Assembly (NCBI GenBank): GCA_944393685.1
Contig: CALYAW010000003.1
Coordinates: 46,133-110,132 of the forward strand
Source: an uncultured Alphaproteobacteria bacterium
GTDB lineage: Bacteria; Pseudomonadota; Alphaproteobacteria; RF32; CAG-239
Length of the DNA: 64,000 bases
Direction: 5' to 3'
Shown here in pieces: positions 39,764-50,281 of the stretch (position 1 is the first letter of the stretch; each line of letters begins with the position of its first letter). Made by a program: the position numbers and the translations under genes. The notes beneath the pieces are model-generated. The model was not told the DNA's origin and did no database searches. It saw only the letters and a program-made list of their open reading frames with translations.

Positions 39764-40429
39764 TTAATTTTTTGCTAATAGATTATACAATTCGTCAAAG
39801 TCTTTGAACCAAGCAATATTAGAAGAATGAACGGAACTTTCATCAAATAAAGACGTATTGATTCGTATCGGCAGGACGTTGGCAGCCAGAGCGCAATCGC
39901 TGTCTTGATTGCTGTCTCCTACCATCCAGACATCTTGAGGATTAATTTCTTGCGGGGTAAGTAGACCGCGAAGAGTATAAAAAATATGTTCAGGATATGG
40001 TTTGTCTTTGGGGGCTTCGTGACCAGGGGTTATTCTTGAAAATAAGTCGGGTTTATATAATAAAGGTAATTCAATCTCTAGAAGTTGCGGGTCTTTATTG
40101 GTCATTATCATAAGTTCTACGCCATCTTCTTTAAGCGTTTTCAGTACTTTTTCCGCGTTTGGAAATGATCGTACCATGGACGGAATATGCTGCTTATATA
40201 TTTCTACATAACGGGCATATGCAGCTTGCCAATTATGACCAAATATGTTGGCAAAATTATCCCATAATGAGAGCTTGGGATTGCGTTTATCTTTTTGTTG
40301 TTCCCAATCTTTCATGCCATGTTCTTTTAAGACTTGGTTGACAGAAGATATAACTATATCTCCGTTATCTGAAAGTGTACCGTCCCAATCAAACAAAACA
40401 TATTTTACTTTGCTTTTATCTAAAAGCAT
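39764..40429 (-). CDS. HAD-superfamily hydrolase (phosphatase)
   Basis: Motif I VLFDWDGTLSD and downstream HAD motifs (MTNK, GDSNQD). Length is 221 aa. Confidence 0.75.
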   Translation of the reverse strand: MLLDKSKVKYVLFDWDGTLSDNGDIVISSVNQVLKEHGMKDWEQQKDKRNPKLSLWDNFANIFGHNWQAAYARYVEIYKQHIPSMVRSFPNAEKVLKTLKEDGVELMIMTNKDPQLLEIELPLLYKPDLFSRITPGHEAPKDKPYPEHIFYTLRGLLTPQEINPQDVWMVGDSNQDSDCALAANVLPIRINTSLFDESSVHSSNIAWFKDFDELYNLLAKN

Positions 40430-41710
40430 CTATTTTCCTTTGCCGATAACTTTTTTGCCACCGAGATAGGGCTGAAGTTTTACAGGAATATTTACGCTGC
40501 CGTCGGCGTTTTGATGATTTTCAATAAAAGGAACCAAAGCGCGTGGTGTGGCAATGCCGGTGTTGTTTAGGGTATGAACATATTTGACCTTGCCGTCGGC
40601 GTTGTCACGATAACGTAAATTGGTGCGGCGTGCTTGCCAGTCTGTGATATTGGAACATGAGTGCGTTTCTCTGTAGCAGTTTTGTGATGGAACCCATGCT
40701 TCCAAATCATATTGACGGTACTTTGGCGCTCCCATGTCGCCCGTGCAGATATCCAAAACTTGGTAAGGAAGTTCTAAATCTTGCAAAACTTCTTCAGAAA
40801 TGGCCAAAAGCTTTTGATGCCATTTTTCACTTTCGGCAATATCATTTTTGCATATCACAAATTGCTCGGTTTTCATAAATTGGTGGACACGAACCAAGCC
40901 TCTGGTGTCTTTTCCTGCCGCTCCGGCTTCGCGACGGAAGCATGGTGAAAAACCTGCATAGAGAATAGGTAATTCATTTTCTTGAAGTATTTCATCGGCA
41001 CGCAGTGAATTCAGTATTAATTCGGCTGTTCCGGAAAGGTAAAGATCATCTGCAGGCATGTAATATATTTCATCACGAGAAAACGGCAGATATCCTTGTC
41101 CGTATAAGGGTTTTTCTTTGGATAATGCAGGAACAGTAATAACGGTAAAACCATGATTGCGCAATTTGTCAAGAACCATCATATGTATGGCAAGTTCAAG
41201 CTGAGCTAAATCATTTTTAATCGCATATGTTCGTGAGCCTGATACTTTGGCTATTCTTTCCATTTCAGACCAATCGTTAAGTTCCATCAGCTCTATGTGA
41301 TCTCGCGGTGTAAAATCAAATTTACGCGGTTCTCCGACTTTGCGAATAACAACATTACCGCTTTCATCCGCTGCAACAGGACAATCAGGACTTGGATAAT
41401 TGGGCATTTTTAGCATTTGGAGCTCAAAGTCTGCTTCGATTTTGGAAAGCTCTTCCTGTTCTTTTTTTAATTCCTCTCCCAAAGCCTTGCTTTTGGCAAT
41501 GATATTAGGGCGTTCTTCCGCTGATGCAGATTTAATAGAATTGCTTAATTTGTTCTTTTCTTCCGCTAAGGCTTGGGAAGAAGTTTTGAGTTTGTTCATT
41601 TCAAGGTATGAGGAGATTAGACGATCAACATTCTCTGCAGCAAACCCTTTCTTTGCCAAGCTATCTTTTACGTATTGTTGATTATCAATGATAAATTTGA
41701 TGTCTAGCAT
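40430..41710 (-). CDS. serS: Seryl-tRNA synthetase
   Basis: An N-terminal coiled-coil arm and class II aaRS motifs (FRRE, GLVRVHQF). Length is 426 aa. Confidence 0.9.
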   Translation of the reverse strand: MLDIKFIIDNQQYVKDSLAKKGFAAENVDRLISSYLEMNKLKTSSQALAEEKNKLSNSIKSASAEERPNIIAKSKALGEELKKEQEELSKIEADFELQMLKMPNYPSPDCPVAADESGNVVIRKVGEPRKFDFTPRDHIELMELNDWSEMERIAKVSGSRTYAIKNDLAQLELAIHMMVLDKLRNHGFTVITVPALSKEKPLYGQGYLPFSRDEIYYMPADDLYLSGTAELILNSLRADEILQENELPILYAGFSPCFRREAGAAGKDTRGLVRVHQFMKTEQFVICKNDIAESEKWHQKLLAISEEVLQDLELPYQVLDICTGDMGAPKYRQYDLEAWVPSQNCYRETHSCSNITDWQARRTNLRYRDNADGKVKYVHTLNNTGIATPRALVPFIENHQNADGSVNIPVKLQPYLGGKKVIGKGK

Positions 41711-41804
41711 ATTCCTCGTCCTAAAAAATTATTGATTTAACCAGTTAAACAGAGTATCTATTATTGCAAATAAATTCAACAGAAAAATAAGGAAAATACC
41801 TAAT

Positions 41805-42821
41805 ATGTTCAAGGGAAAAACAATTCTGACAGGTGTTAAACCAACCGGGACGCCGCATTTGGGAAATTATTTGGGGGCTATTAAGCCTGCAATTGAGTTG
41901 GGAAAACAGGCTATATCTCAGGGTGGTAAACATTATATGTTTATTGCAGATTATCATGCAATAAACGCTGAAAAAAATCCTACCGTATTAAATCAAAAAA
42001 TGAAAGAAATCGCCTGTATCTATTTGGCTAGCGGTTTAAATCCTAACGAATCGATATTTTATAGGCAGTCGGATATTCCAGAAATTCCTGAAATTACAAC
42101 AATTTTATATGCGTATACACCTAAAGGTTTTATGAACAAGGCTCACGCTTATAAAGCAATGGTCGATAAAAACAGAGCGGTGAACAAACCCGATGATGAT
42201 GGTATTAATATGGGCCTCTACACGTATCCGACATTGATGGCTGCTGATATTTTGGCTTATGATACCGATGTGGTGCCGGTTGGAAAAGATCAGGTCCAGC
42301 ATGTAGAAATTGCTCGTGATATTGCCGGAGCGATTAACGCTCATTATGGCAAGGAACTTTTACGTTTGCCGGAATATTATGTTGAAGAAAATGTGGCGGT
42401 CGTACCCGGAGTTGATGGACGCAAAATGAGCAAATCCTACGGAAATGTTATTCCATTGTTTGAAGATGACAAAGCTATTAAAAAAGCAATTTTTTCTATC
42501 AAAACTGATTCAAGACCAATGGAAGAACCTAAAAATCCGGATGAAATATTGGTTTATGAAATATATAAATCAATTGCAAAACCTGAGCAGCTCAAAGAGA
42601 TGGGAGAGGGATTGCGTCAAGGTAAACTCGGTTACGGACATATTAAAAATATGTTGTTGGACGCGGTGATTGCCGAAGTCAGCCAAGCAAGAGAAAAATA
42701 TAATTATTATATGTCTCATTTTGCCGAGGTTGAAGAAATGCTTGAAGATGGGGCTGCTAAAGCTCGTCCGATTGCAAAGGCTACGCTTAAAAGACTTAAA
42801 GATGCCGTGTTTGGGAGATAA
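41805..42821 (+). CDS. trpS: Tryptophanyl-tRNA synthetase
   Basis: A class I HIGH-like motif (TGTPHLGNY), KMSKS, and a length of 338 aa. Confidence 0.9.
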   Translation: MFKGKTILTGVKPTGTPHLGNYLGAIKPAIELGKQAISQGGKHYMFIADYHAINAEKNPTVLNQKMKEIACIYLASGLNPNESIFYRQSDIPEIPEITTILYAYTPKGFMNKAHAYKAMVDKNRAVNKPDDDGINMGLYTYPTLMAADILAYDTDVVPVGKDQVQHVEIARDIAGAINAHYGKELLRLPEYYVEENVAVVPGVDGRKMSKSYGNVIPLFEDDKAIKKAIFSIKTDSRPMEEPKNPDEILVYEIYKSIAKPEQLKEMGEGLRQGKLGYGHIKNMLLDAVIAEVSQAREKYNYYMSHFAEVEEMLEDGAAKARPIAKATLKRLKDAVFGR

Positions 42822-42823
42822 AA

Positions 42824-43417
42824 TTGAGGAAACGCTTGCTGTGGAGTTTGATTGCATTAACCTGTGGTGTCTTAGGAACAGGTATCTGGTTTGCGTCTTC
42901 TGTTAATAGTTCATATGTTGTTCCTCCTCAAGAGATGCAATCGTGGCTCAAGAATATAGATATGAATGTTTGGGAAGCCAGCGATAAGTCTTTTTATGTT
43001 CAAGAAGCTATCGGATCTCAAGGAATTGTGTTGGAATATCCAAAACAGCTTAAAAATGATTTTTTACTTACATTTAATATAATGAGTTTGACTTCTGAAG
43101 CTGAAATACGTTTGGGTTTTGGCAAAAAAGGAAAAAAGTATGAAACGGAAGTGAAATTTTCTGATAGGTCAAACAAACTTAAATTTTATAAAAACAAAGT
43201 GTTGCTTTTAGAAAAAGATATTAAGCAAATCCAACCAGATATTTTTTATAACTTTGAATTGCGTCGTAAAAATAATATTTTTGTTTTTGCGATTGATGGC
43301 AATGAAGTGCTTAAAGCTGAAACTGATCATAATCCTGTCAGTATATCGTTGGATATTGTTGGATTTCCAGATAATCCCGCAGCGGTTGAGATTATGGATT
43401 GGATAATAAAAAATTAA
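42824..43417 (+). CDS. Hypothetical secreted or membrane-anchored protein
   Basis: An N-terminal hydrophobic segment and a length of 197 aa. No motif was recognised. Confidence 0.4.
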   Translation: MRKRLLWSLIALTCGVLGTGIWFASSVNSSYVVPPQEMQSWLKNIDMNVWEASDKSFYVQEAIGSQGIVLEYPKQLKNDFLLTFNIMSLTSEAEIRLGFGKKGKKYETEVKFSDRSNKLKFYKNKVLLLEKDIKQIQPDIFYNFELRRKNNIFVFAIDGNEVLKAETDHNPVSISLDIVGFPDNPAAVEIMDWIIKN

Positions 43418-43420
43418 AAT

Positions 43421-43448
43421 AAACCCGCTGATAAAGCGGGTTTATTTT
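43421..43448. terminator. Bidirectional rho-independent terminator
   Basis: aaacccgctgataaagcgggttt flanked by A and T runs. It sits between convergent genes. Confidence 0.6.
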
Positions 43449-43455
43449 CTTATTA

Positions 43456-44406
43456 TTATTTATTTTGGGAGACCATGGCAACGGCTTGATCAGAATATTC
43501 TTTAATCTTTTCAGCGCTGAAGCGTAAATCCCGATGCTCGCTTTCAGACAGGCGCGGGAAAATAACCTTATGTATTCCACGTTTACCAATAACGGTTGGC
43601 AGTGAAACACAAACATCATTAACTCCTTCAACTTCTTCATGATGGGATGAAACCGTCAGAATAGCATATTCATTATTGCTGATTGCTTGACAGATACGAC
43701 ATAAAGCTCCGGCTATGCCATAGTAAGTTGCTCCTTTGCCTTCAATAATTTGGTAAGCTGAATTACGGACGCAATCATCAATTTGAGCCTTAACTTCAGA
43801 TGTAAAAGGTTTGTTTACAACTCGGGCTAATTCTTCAATTTGTACGGAACCGGCATCTCCGTTAGACCAGACAAGAACTTCGCTGTCTCCGTGTTCTCCC
43901 AAAACATAAGCATGAATTGATTGCGGAGAAACTCCCAAATGATATCCAAGAAGAGTGCGAAAACGAGAGGTATCAAGCACTGTGCCGGAACCAATAACGC
44001 GTTCTTTTGGAAAACCGGAAAGTTTGATTGCTACTTCAGTCATAATATCTGCAGGGTTGGCAGTTATTAACAAAATAGTGTTAGGTGCGACCTTTGCAAT
44101 TTCGGGGATGATGCTTTCAAAAATTTTGACATTGCGCCCGAGTAAGTCAATTCGCGTTTCTCCCGGTTTTTGGTTGGCGCCTGCTGTTACGATGACAACA
44201 TCAGCTCCTTCCAAATCTTGGTAGGTTCCTGCTTTTATTTTGTTGGCATAAGCAAATGGCGCTGCATGCGCGATATCCATCGCTTCTGCTTGAGCTTTCT
44301 TTTCGTTGGCGTCAATTAAAACAACTTTTCTGGCAACCCCTCTCATTACCAAAGCAAAGGCTGTTGCGCTACCGACGGAGCCGGCTCCTATAATACCTAC
44401 TTTCAT
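43456..44406 (-). CDS. ldh: L-lactate dehydrogenase (LDH/MDH superfamily; Gln at the substrate-specificity position)
   Basis: GAGSVGS Rossmann motif. TAGANQKPGETR has Q where malate dehydrogenases have R. Catalytic GEHGDS is present. Confidence 0.75.
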   Translation of the reverse strand: MKVGIIGAGSVGSATAFALVMRGVARKVVLIDANEKKAQAEAMDIAHAAPFAYANKIKAGTYQDLEGADVVIVTAGANQKPGETRIDLLGRNVKIFESIIPEIAKVAPNTILLITANPADIMTEVAIKLSGFPKERVIGSGTVLDTSRFRTLLGYHLGVSPQSIHAYVLGEHGDSEVLVWSNGDAGSVQIEELARVVNKPFTSEVKAQIDDCVRNSAYQIIEGKGATYYGIAGALCRICQAISNNEYAILTVSSHHEEVEGVNDVCVSLPTVIGKRGIHKVIFPRLSESEHRDLRFSAEKIKEYSDQAVAMVSQNK

Positions 44407-44543
44407 CTTCGTTTTTAAATTTACTTATTAGCTCTTTTGGAACTTTTTGGTCGCCAATAAGCAAATTTAGCTCTCCTTTCATCTTTAACTAGTCTTATTT
44501 TTCGCAAATATATATAATAAATTTTTTACAAGAAGCAATAAGA

Positions 44544-44568
44544 AAGACCGCTTTTTAGGGCGGTCTTT
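44544..44568 (-). terminator. Candidate terminator hairpin downstream of the 44594-44941 gene
   Basis: aagaccgctttttagggcggtctt. Confidence 0.4.
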
Positions 44569-44593
44569 GGTAACAAAAATTTGCAAAATATTT

Positions 44594-44941
44594 CTATTCT
44601 ACGATGGTTTCATCTTGACCGGAAGTTGCTTCAGGATTGGTCTCAACTATATTTTCATCAACGCTTTCATCAACAGTTTCCGGTGCTGTTTCTTGTTTCT
44701 CTTGAGCTGCAATTTCTTCTGCAGTCGGTTCATGATCAACAACAATGATATCTTCTTCAGCAACAATGGCTCCATCGGCATTTTCTTCAACAGCGGATGC
44801 GGCGACGCTGTTTTCATCCACGGCAACTGCTTCTTCAACGGTTACAACTTCAGGCTCAGTTACAGAGGATGGTTTTTTTACCATTTGGCCGATGATGAGG
44901 AGGACTACAATCACCAAAACGACATAAAACACTTTTTTCAT
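44594..44941 (-). CDS. Membrane-anchored protein with an acidic low-complexity (E/V/A/D-rich) tail
   Basis: An N-terminal transmembrane helix is followed by roughly 80 aa of EEAVAVDEN/VEENADGAIVAEED-type repeats. Confidence 0.45.
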   Translation of the reverse strand: MKKVFYVVLVIVVLLIIGQMVKKPSSVTEPEVVTVEEAVAVDENSVAASAVEENADGAIVAEEDIIVVDHEPTAEEIAAQEKQETAPETVDESVDENIVETNPEATSGQDETIVE

Positions 44942-45011
44942 ATTAAAATCTCCCAGAGTTAAGAACTATATTAAACTTATGATTAGTCTGCTATTTTGTC
45001 AATGAAATTTC

Positions 45012-45806
45012 TTATCTGACTCCAAATCGATTGCCGGAACTGTAATGTTTGAGACACCAGTTATAAAATTTGAGACTTAATAGTAAAAAAATTATTATTC
45101 CGGTTGTCAGAATGCCAAAATCTCTCCATGTAAATTCTTTGATGATATTAACAGGATAAAGAGAAAGTAAGCCGGCAGGAATGACGGTTAAAAATAAGAT
45201 TTTGTACCAGCCGGTAAAAATAGAGGCGGGTTGACTGGCAAATGTAATCAGAGCCATAAAAATATTGTCTCCTAACCGCTGAGAATCGCTTATGATGAAT
45301 GCCAAGCATGACATAATCAGTCGGAATGAATATAATAAAACAAAGGCAAAAAATGAGCATAATAACATGAGCCCAAAACTTGTCCAATTTACATAGCCAG
45401 AAAGAAAATACATCAGAAAACCCGTGATATAATCTCCCCAGTTGGCAAAGGTCGATTCAGAAGTGGATATTAAAAATAAACTACTTTTAGGTGTTGTTAG
45501 AAAGTTGTCCAGATTGCCGTTTTCTATATATTCCGGTAGTAATTGGATACCTCTGGCGAAAAGAGCAAATGTGGCATAAGCGTTGTTTGTTACGGCAAAA
45601 AGAAGAGCCATTTCTCCAAAGTGCCAGCCATTGATGGAGCCTTTGTTTTCAAAAATTATCCACCACATAAATACAAAAGAGAGATTGTTGATGGTCATCA
45701 TGATTATATTTATCAATGCATCTGATTTGTTCAAAAAAGCGGTTTTGATGTTGCTTTTTTGAATAAACAAAAACAATTTGCACAAATTTATAAACTTAGC
45801 CGCCAT
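45012..45806 (-). CDS. ABC-2 family transporter permease
   Basis: A six-transmembrane permease. It is the last gene of the ATPase-permease-permease operon. Confidence 0.65.
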   Translation of the reverse strand: MAAKFINLCKLFLFIQKSNIKTAFLNKSDALINIIMMTINNLSFVFMWWIIFENKGSINGWHFGEMALLFAVTNNAYATFALFARGIQLLPEYIENGNLDNFLTTPKSSLFLISTSESTFANWGDYITGFLMYFLSGYVNWTSFGLMLLCSFFAFVLLYSFRLIMSCLAFIISDSQRLGDNIFMALITFASQPASIFTGWYKILFLTVIPAGLLSLYPVNIIKEFTWRDFGILTTGIIIFLLLSLKFYNWCLKHYSSGNRFGVR

Positions 45807-46572
45807 AAACGTTAATCCTTTTGGTTAGCTTTTTGTACGTCAGAACGATGAAGAAACCCATGAGAACAACCCAAAAGGTGTTTAAAAGAAAAGCTTCCAT
45901 TAAGTTTGTCCATGAAAAGTCATAAACCAGTTTGATTGTTAAATAGTAAAAGGAGTAAAAAGGTGTCCATTTGGCGATGTCTATGAACCAATCCGGATAT
46001 ATGCTTAAAGGAAAAATAGCGCCTCCAAGAATAAACGCCAATCGCTCAATCGCCATGCCAAGAGTGCGGATGCTGGCTAACCAGAGACCGCATAGACCAA
46101 CGGCAGTATACATCAAAACATTGATACATGATGAAATAAAACATATGGTGAAAATTATTGGAAATTGCCAGATTTCAAAGGGTGGGTTGCCGGTTAACAA
46201 CAAAGTGATAACAACTCCGAATCCCCCCATGACGGCAAAAGATACACTCATATTGCCGAGGGCTTCCGTATAACGCATGAGAAAAAATGAGATCGGTTTA
46301 TTAATATAATAAGCCATGGTTCCGGATTGGATGTCATCAAATAAAATTCTATCAATTTTGGGGTTGGAAAGTATAATCATTTCGGCAAAGAGAAGATACC
46401 ATATGAATACCCGATTGAGTCCTTCTTCCGTGCTTTCTGTCGAGATAGTCTCCCAAAGGCGATTGTATATAAAGATAAGAATGAACAGAAAAAACAGCAT
46501 CCCAGATAAATTAGCTTTTTTATTCCAGGCTTGCTTGAAAGAAATCAGAAAAAGAGAAGTATACTTATTCAC
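45796..46572 (-). CDS. ABC-2 family transporter permease
   Basis: A polytopic membrane protein that overlaps its neighbours by 8-11 nt. Confidence 0.65.
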   Translation of the reverse strand: MNKYTSLFLISFKQAWNKKANLSGMLFFLFILIFIYNRLWETISTESTEEGLNRVFIWYLLFAEMIILSNPKIDRILFDDIQSGTMAYYINKPISFFLMRYTEALGNMSVSFAVMGGFGVVITLLLTGNPPFEIWQFPIIFTICFISSCINVLMYTAVGLCGLWLASIRTLGMAIERLAFILGGAIFPLSIYPDWFIDIAKWTPFYSFYYLTIKLVYDFSWTNLMEAFLLNTFWVVLMGFFIVLTYKKLTKRINVYGG

Positions 46573-47494
46573 GATTGTATATCTCCTTGATGATTTCTTC
46601 CATAGGTGGGTTTTCGATTGTCATGTCAGTGACATGGTATTTTTGCACTAATTCGTCAATGGCTTGTTTGGCTGGTTTTTCTTTGGTGTTGACAACAGTT
46701 CGTATCTTTTCACCGCCTTCGGTTGTTACTTCAATGTATTTTTTGTTCAAGTAAGAATCGCGCAATGCAGAAATAGAATCGTCAAAGATAATTTTTCCTT
46801 TGTTAATCACAATAACACGTTCACAGACTTTTTCCATGTCGTCGGTATCATGCGAAGTCAGAAGAAGCGTGGTTTCTTCTTCAAAAGCTTGTTTTTTGAT
46901 TAAATTACGTATGACTTCTTTGGCTGTGACATCTAAACCTATTGTCGGCTCATCTAAAAACAGAATCTGTGGTTTGTGCAACAAGGATGCTACAATTTCG
47001 CAGCGCATGCGTTGCCCTAAAGATAATGAGCGAGTGGGATGTTCTAGCAAGTCACGGATTTCAAATAATTTTACTAATTTCGACAGCCGTCGTTTGAACG
47101 GAATTTCATCTAAATCGTATATTTTTCCCATTAAGGCGAAACTATCTTGAACAGGTAAATTGTACCATAATTGCGACCGCTGTCCAAAAACCGTACCGAT
47201 GGTATAGGCCAGTTTTTTGCGGTTGTCCCAAGGAACCAATCCGTTGACTAATGCGTTTCCTGAAGATGGATACAGAATTGATGAAAGCATCTTGATGGTT
47301 GTGGATTTTCCGGCTCCGTTGGGACCGATAAAAGCGACTCTTTCTCCTTTTTTGATGTTGAAAGAAATTTTATCGACGGCCGTTATGGTTTTATATTCAG
47401 GAGCAAAAAAGTTTTTTAATCCATTGTTTTTCTTGATTAGCTTGAATTTTTTTGTGAGATGCTTAACTTCAATTATGTTGTTCATTTTATCCAC
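46565..47494 (-). CDS. ABC transporter ATP-binding protein
   Basis: Walker A GPNGAGKST, signature LSLGQRMR and Walker B ILFLDEP. Confidence 0.85.
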   Translation of the reverse strand: MDKMNNIIEVKHLTKKFKLIKKNNGLKNFFAPEYKTITAVDKISFNIKKGERVAFIGPNGAGKSTTIKMLSSILYPSSGNALVNGLVPWDNRKKLAYTIGTVFGQRSQLWYNLPVQDSFALMGKIYDLDEIPFKRRLSKLVKLFEIRDLLEHPTRSLSLGQRMRCEIVASLLHKPQILFLDEPTIGLDVTAKEVIRNLIKKQAFEEETTLLLTSHDTDDMEKVCERVIVINKGKIIFDDSISALRDSYLNKKYIEVTTEGGEKIRTVVNTKEKPAKQAIDELVQKYHVTDMTIENPPMEEIIKEIYNRE

Positions 47495-47668
47495 CTTTTA
47501 ATCTGCCCTAGAGTATAAGTTTTTTGCGCCTTAAAGCAAGTTTTATTTGGAAGAAATGTGTGTTTTTTTAAAATAATGCTTGTCAAACAGGATAAAGTTG
47601 TGCTAACAAGTCAATCACGGGTCGGGTTGATCCGATTAATTTGTTTTAATTTTTTTGAGGTTTATCAT

Positions 47669-47902
47669 ATGACTGATACAGCAAACCGCGTTAAGAAAAT
47701 CGTTGCAGAGCATCTTGGCGTAGAAGAATCTAAAGTTACTGAAAGCGCCAGCTTCATCGATGATTTGGGCGCTGATAGCTTGGATACAGTAGAATTGGTT
47801 ATGGCTTTTGAGGAAGAATTCGGTTGCGAAATTCCTGATGAGGCTGCTGAAAAAATTCTTACAGTAAAAGATGCTATCGATTATCTTTCTAAGAATGCTT
47901 AA
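47669..47902 (+). CDS. acpP: Acyl carrier protein
   Basis: A 77-aa protein with the DSLD phosphopantetheine-attachment motif ([19 protein letters not shown]). The start is the ATG at 47669 within the longer listed ORF. Confidence 0.95.
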   Translation: MTDTANRVKKIVAEHLGVEESKVTESASFIDDLGADSLDTVELVMAFEEEFGCEIPDEAAEKILTVKDAIDYLSKNA

Positions 47903-47925
47903 GTCTGTATGACTTTGGAAATATT

Positions 47926-47965
47926 ATGAAACTCGCTCATGTCATATAAGCGAGTTTCATTGTTA
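47926..47965 (+). terminator. Rho-independent terminator after acpP
   Basis: atgaaactcgct...agcgagtttcat followed by tgtt. Confidence 0.5.
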
Positions 47966-47993
47966 TAAAGATTTAACAATTGAGGAAACTTTC

Positions 47994-49265
47994 ATGAGAA
48001 GAGTTGTTGTAACCGGTATGGGTATTGTTTCTCCTCTCGGCCGCGGTGTCGAGCACAACTGGAAAAGCCTGTTGGAGGGAAAATCAGGAATTAGAAAAAT
48101 TGAGAATATTGATTTAAAAGATATTCCGGTTACTATTGCCGGTCAGGTGCCTTGGGGGGAAGGTGATCATGAATTCAATCCGGATACTGTTTTGGCTCCG
48201 AAAGACCAAAAAAAGAATGATAAATTTATTCTTTATGGTCTGGCTGCCGGTGGGGATGCTCTTGAAGATGCCGGATGGAATCCTGAAAATGTTACGGAAG
48301 ATGAAAAATATCGTGCCGGTGTGATGATGGGATCTGGTATCGGTGGTTTACAGACAATTTATGATAATTCTATTTCTTTTAATGAAAGCGGAATGAAACG
48401 TATTTCTCCGTTCTTTATTCCGTCTTGCTTGATTAATCTGATTTCAGGAAATCTATCTATTAAATATGGTTTAAAAGGCCCTAATCACGCTTGTGTAACA
48501 GCTTGTTCTACAGGAACGCATGCTATCGGTGATGCCGCGGCAATGATTGCTCGCGGAGATGCAGACCTAATGGTGGCCGGTGGCGCCGAATCTGCCGTTA
48601 ATGTACTGGGATTGTCCGGTTTTGCCAGAATGAAAGCTGTTACTTCAGATTTTAATGATGCTCCCGAAAAGGCCTCTCGCCCATGGGATAAGGCTCGCAG
48701 CGGGTTTGTTATGGGAGAAGGTGCCGGTGCGTTGGTTTTGGAAGAATATGAACATGCCCAAAAGCGTGGTGCTAAAATTTATGCCGAAGTTGTTGGTTAT
48801 GGAATGAGCGGAGATGCTTATCATATCACGGCTCCTTCCGGTGATGGGGCGTATCGTGCCATGAAAATGGCCGTAGAACATGCGGCTGAACATGGTGTTG
48901 AGCTTTCTGACATCGGCTATATAAATGCTCACGGAACCTCTACTCCGGCAGGTGATGTCGGTGAAGCTATGGCTGTCAAGCGTTTGTTTGGAGATGAAGG
49001 AATTAAACACGTTTCAATGTCTTCTACTAAATCGGCTGTCGGACATTTGCTCGGTGCGGCAGGTGCTGTTGAAGCCGTTTATTCAATTATGGCTTTGCAA
49101 ACGCAAACGTGTCCTCCGACCTTGAATTTGGAGAATCCAGAAGAGGAACTGGCTGATTTTGACTTGGTGCCCTTGAAGCCTAAAAAACGAGAGATTAAAG
49201 CGGCCATGTCAAATTCATTTGGTTTTGGCGGAACAAATTCGTCCGTTGTTTTCAAAAAAATATAA
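47994..49265 (+). CDS. fabF: 3-oxoacyl-[ACP] synthase II
   Basis: Active-site Cys in ACSTG, His/His motifs, and a length of 423 aa. It lies directly downstream of acpP. Confidence 0.95.
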   Translation: MRRVVVTGMGIVSPLGRGVEHNWKSLLEGKSGIRKIENIDLKDIPVTIAGQVPWGEGDHEFNPDTVLAPKDQKKNDKFILYGLAAGGDALEDAGWNPENVTEDEKYRAGVMMGSGIGGLQTIYDNSISFNESGMKRISPFFIPSCLINLISGNLSIKYGLKGPNHACVTACSTGTHAIGDAAAMIARGDADLMVAGGAESAVNVLGLSGFARMKAVTSDFNDAPEKASRPWDKARSGFVMGEGAGALVLEEYEHAQKRGAKIYAEVVGYGMSGDAYHITAPSGDGAYRAMKMAVEHAAEHGVELSDIGYINAHGTSTPAGDVGEAMAVKRLFGDEGIKHVSMSSTKSAVGHLLGAAGAVEAVYSIMALQTQTCPPTLNLENPEEELADFDLVPLKPKKREIKAAMSNSFGFGGTNSSVVFKKI

Positions 49266-49274
49266 TTTATTGGG

Positions 49275-49316
49275 ACTCCCTTCAAAGTATTATTCTTTGG
49301 AGGGAGTTTTGTGTTT
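49275..49316 (+). terminator. Rho-independent terminator after fabF
   Basis: actcccttcaaag...ctttggagggagtttt. Confidence 0.5.
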
Positions 49317-49327
49317 GCGAGACCTGT

Positions 49328-50281
49328 ATGAAAAAACTTATTTTCTTATTTATTTTGTCGGTTGTCGTTGTTGTTGCCAAGGTGAAAAATTGGGTTTATG
49401 AACCCGGAAACCTTCAAAATCCCGTGCGTATGGTTGTTAGCAGAGGAAGCTCTGTTGTTGGAATATCAAATCAGCTCGAAAATTTCGGAGTAATAGATAA
49501 ACCATGGTTGTTTCGTTTGGCTGCGCGTTATTATCGTTTGGATACTTCTTTAAAAGCCGGCGAATATGAGTTTTTGCCTCGAGTTTCAATGTTTCAAGTG
49601 ATTGAAAAAATGGTGCGCGGGGATATTGTATATCATAAAATTACTTTGCCCGAAGGTCTCACGACAAAGCAAATGCTCGAAATCATAAGGGCAGATGATG
49701 ATTTACGTGGTGAAATTACTCTTAATCCCAAAGAAGGAGAGCTTTTACCTGAAACATACAGTTTTGTGTATGGAGATACTAAAGACAGCATTATTAAGCA
49801 AGCCGAAGATGCCATGAAAAAGGCTCTTGAAGAGACTTGGAATACTCGAAGTGAAAACTTACCAGTAAAAAGTAGAAAGGAGTTATTGGTTCTTGCTTCA
49901 ATTGTTGAAAAAGAAACTGGTATTGCTCAAGAGCGCGGTTTGGTTGCATCAGTTTTTGTCAATCGTTTGCGTAAAGGTATGAGATTACAGACAGATCCGA
50001 CGGTTATTTATGCTCTGACAGAAGGAAAGGCTGAGCTTGATAGATCTTTAACCAGAAAAGATTTGGATATTGATAGTCCTTATAATACATACAAATATTA
50101 CGGTTTACCACCTCATCCTATTTGTAATCCGGGAAAAGATGCTCTTAATGCTACCGCAAATCCTGAGACGAGCGATTATCTTTATTTTGTTGCAAGCGGA
50201 GACGGAGGGCATAATTTTGCTAAATCTTTAAATGAGCATAATAAAAATGTCAGTATTTGGAAAAAAAAGAAAAAGCGTTAA
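49328..50281 (+). CDS. mltG: Endolytic murein transglycosylase MltG (YceG)
   Basis: An N-terminal transmembrane anchor plus a YceG-like domain. Genomic context fabF-mltG. Confidence 0.85.
   Translation: MKKLIFLFILSVVVVVAKVKNWVYEPGNLQNPVRMVVSRGSSVVGISNQLENFGVIDKPWLFRLAARYYRLDTSLKAGEYEFLPRVSMFQVIEKMVRGDIVYHKITLPEGLTTKQMLEIIRADDDLRGEITLNPKEGELLPETYSFVYGDTKDSIIKQAEDAMKKALEETWNTRSENLPVKSRKELLVLASIVEKETGIAQERGLVASVFVNRLRKGMRLQTDPTVIYALTEGKAELDRSLTRKDLDIDSPYNTYKYYGLPPHPICNPGKDALNATANPETSDYLYFVASGDGGHNFAKSLNEHNKNVSIWKKKKKR

Noticed and set aside
44745-44927. A plus-strand 60-aa S/T/A-rich ORF opposite the acidic-tail gene.
   Set aside because: It is a mirror artefact of low-complexity GAA/GTT-rich DNA. 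The minus-strand frame carries a transmembrane anchor and is the more plausible gene.
47558-47668. An N-terminal extension of acpP (the listed ORF starts at 47558).
   Set aside because: The extension has no ribosome-binding site and lies in the divergent promoter region. The canonical ACP begins at the ATG at 47669.
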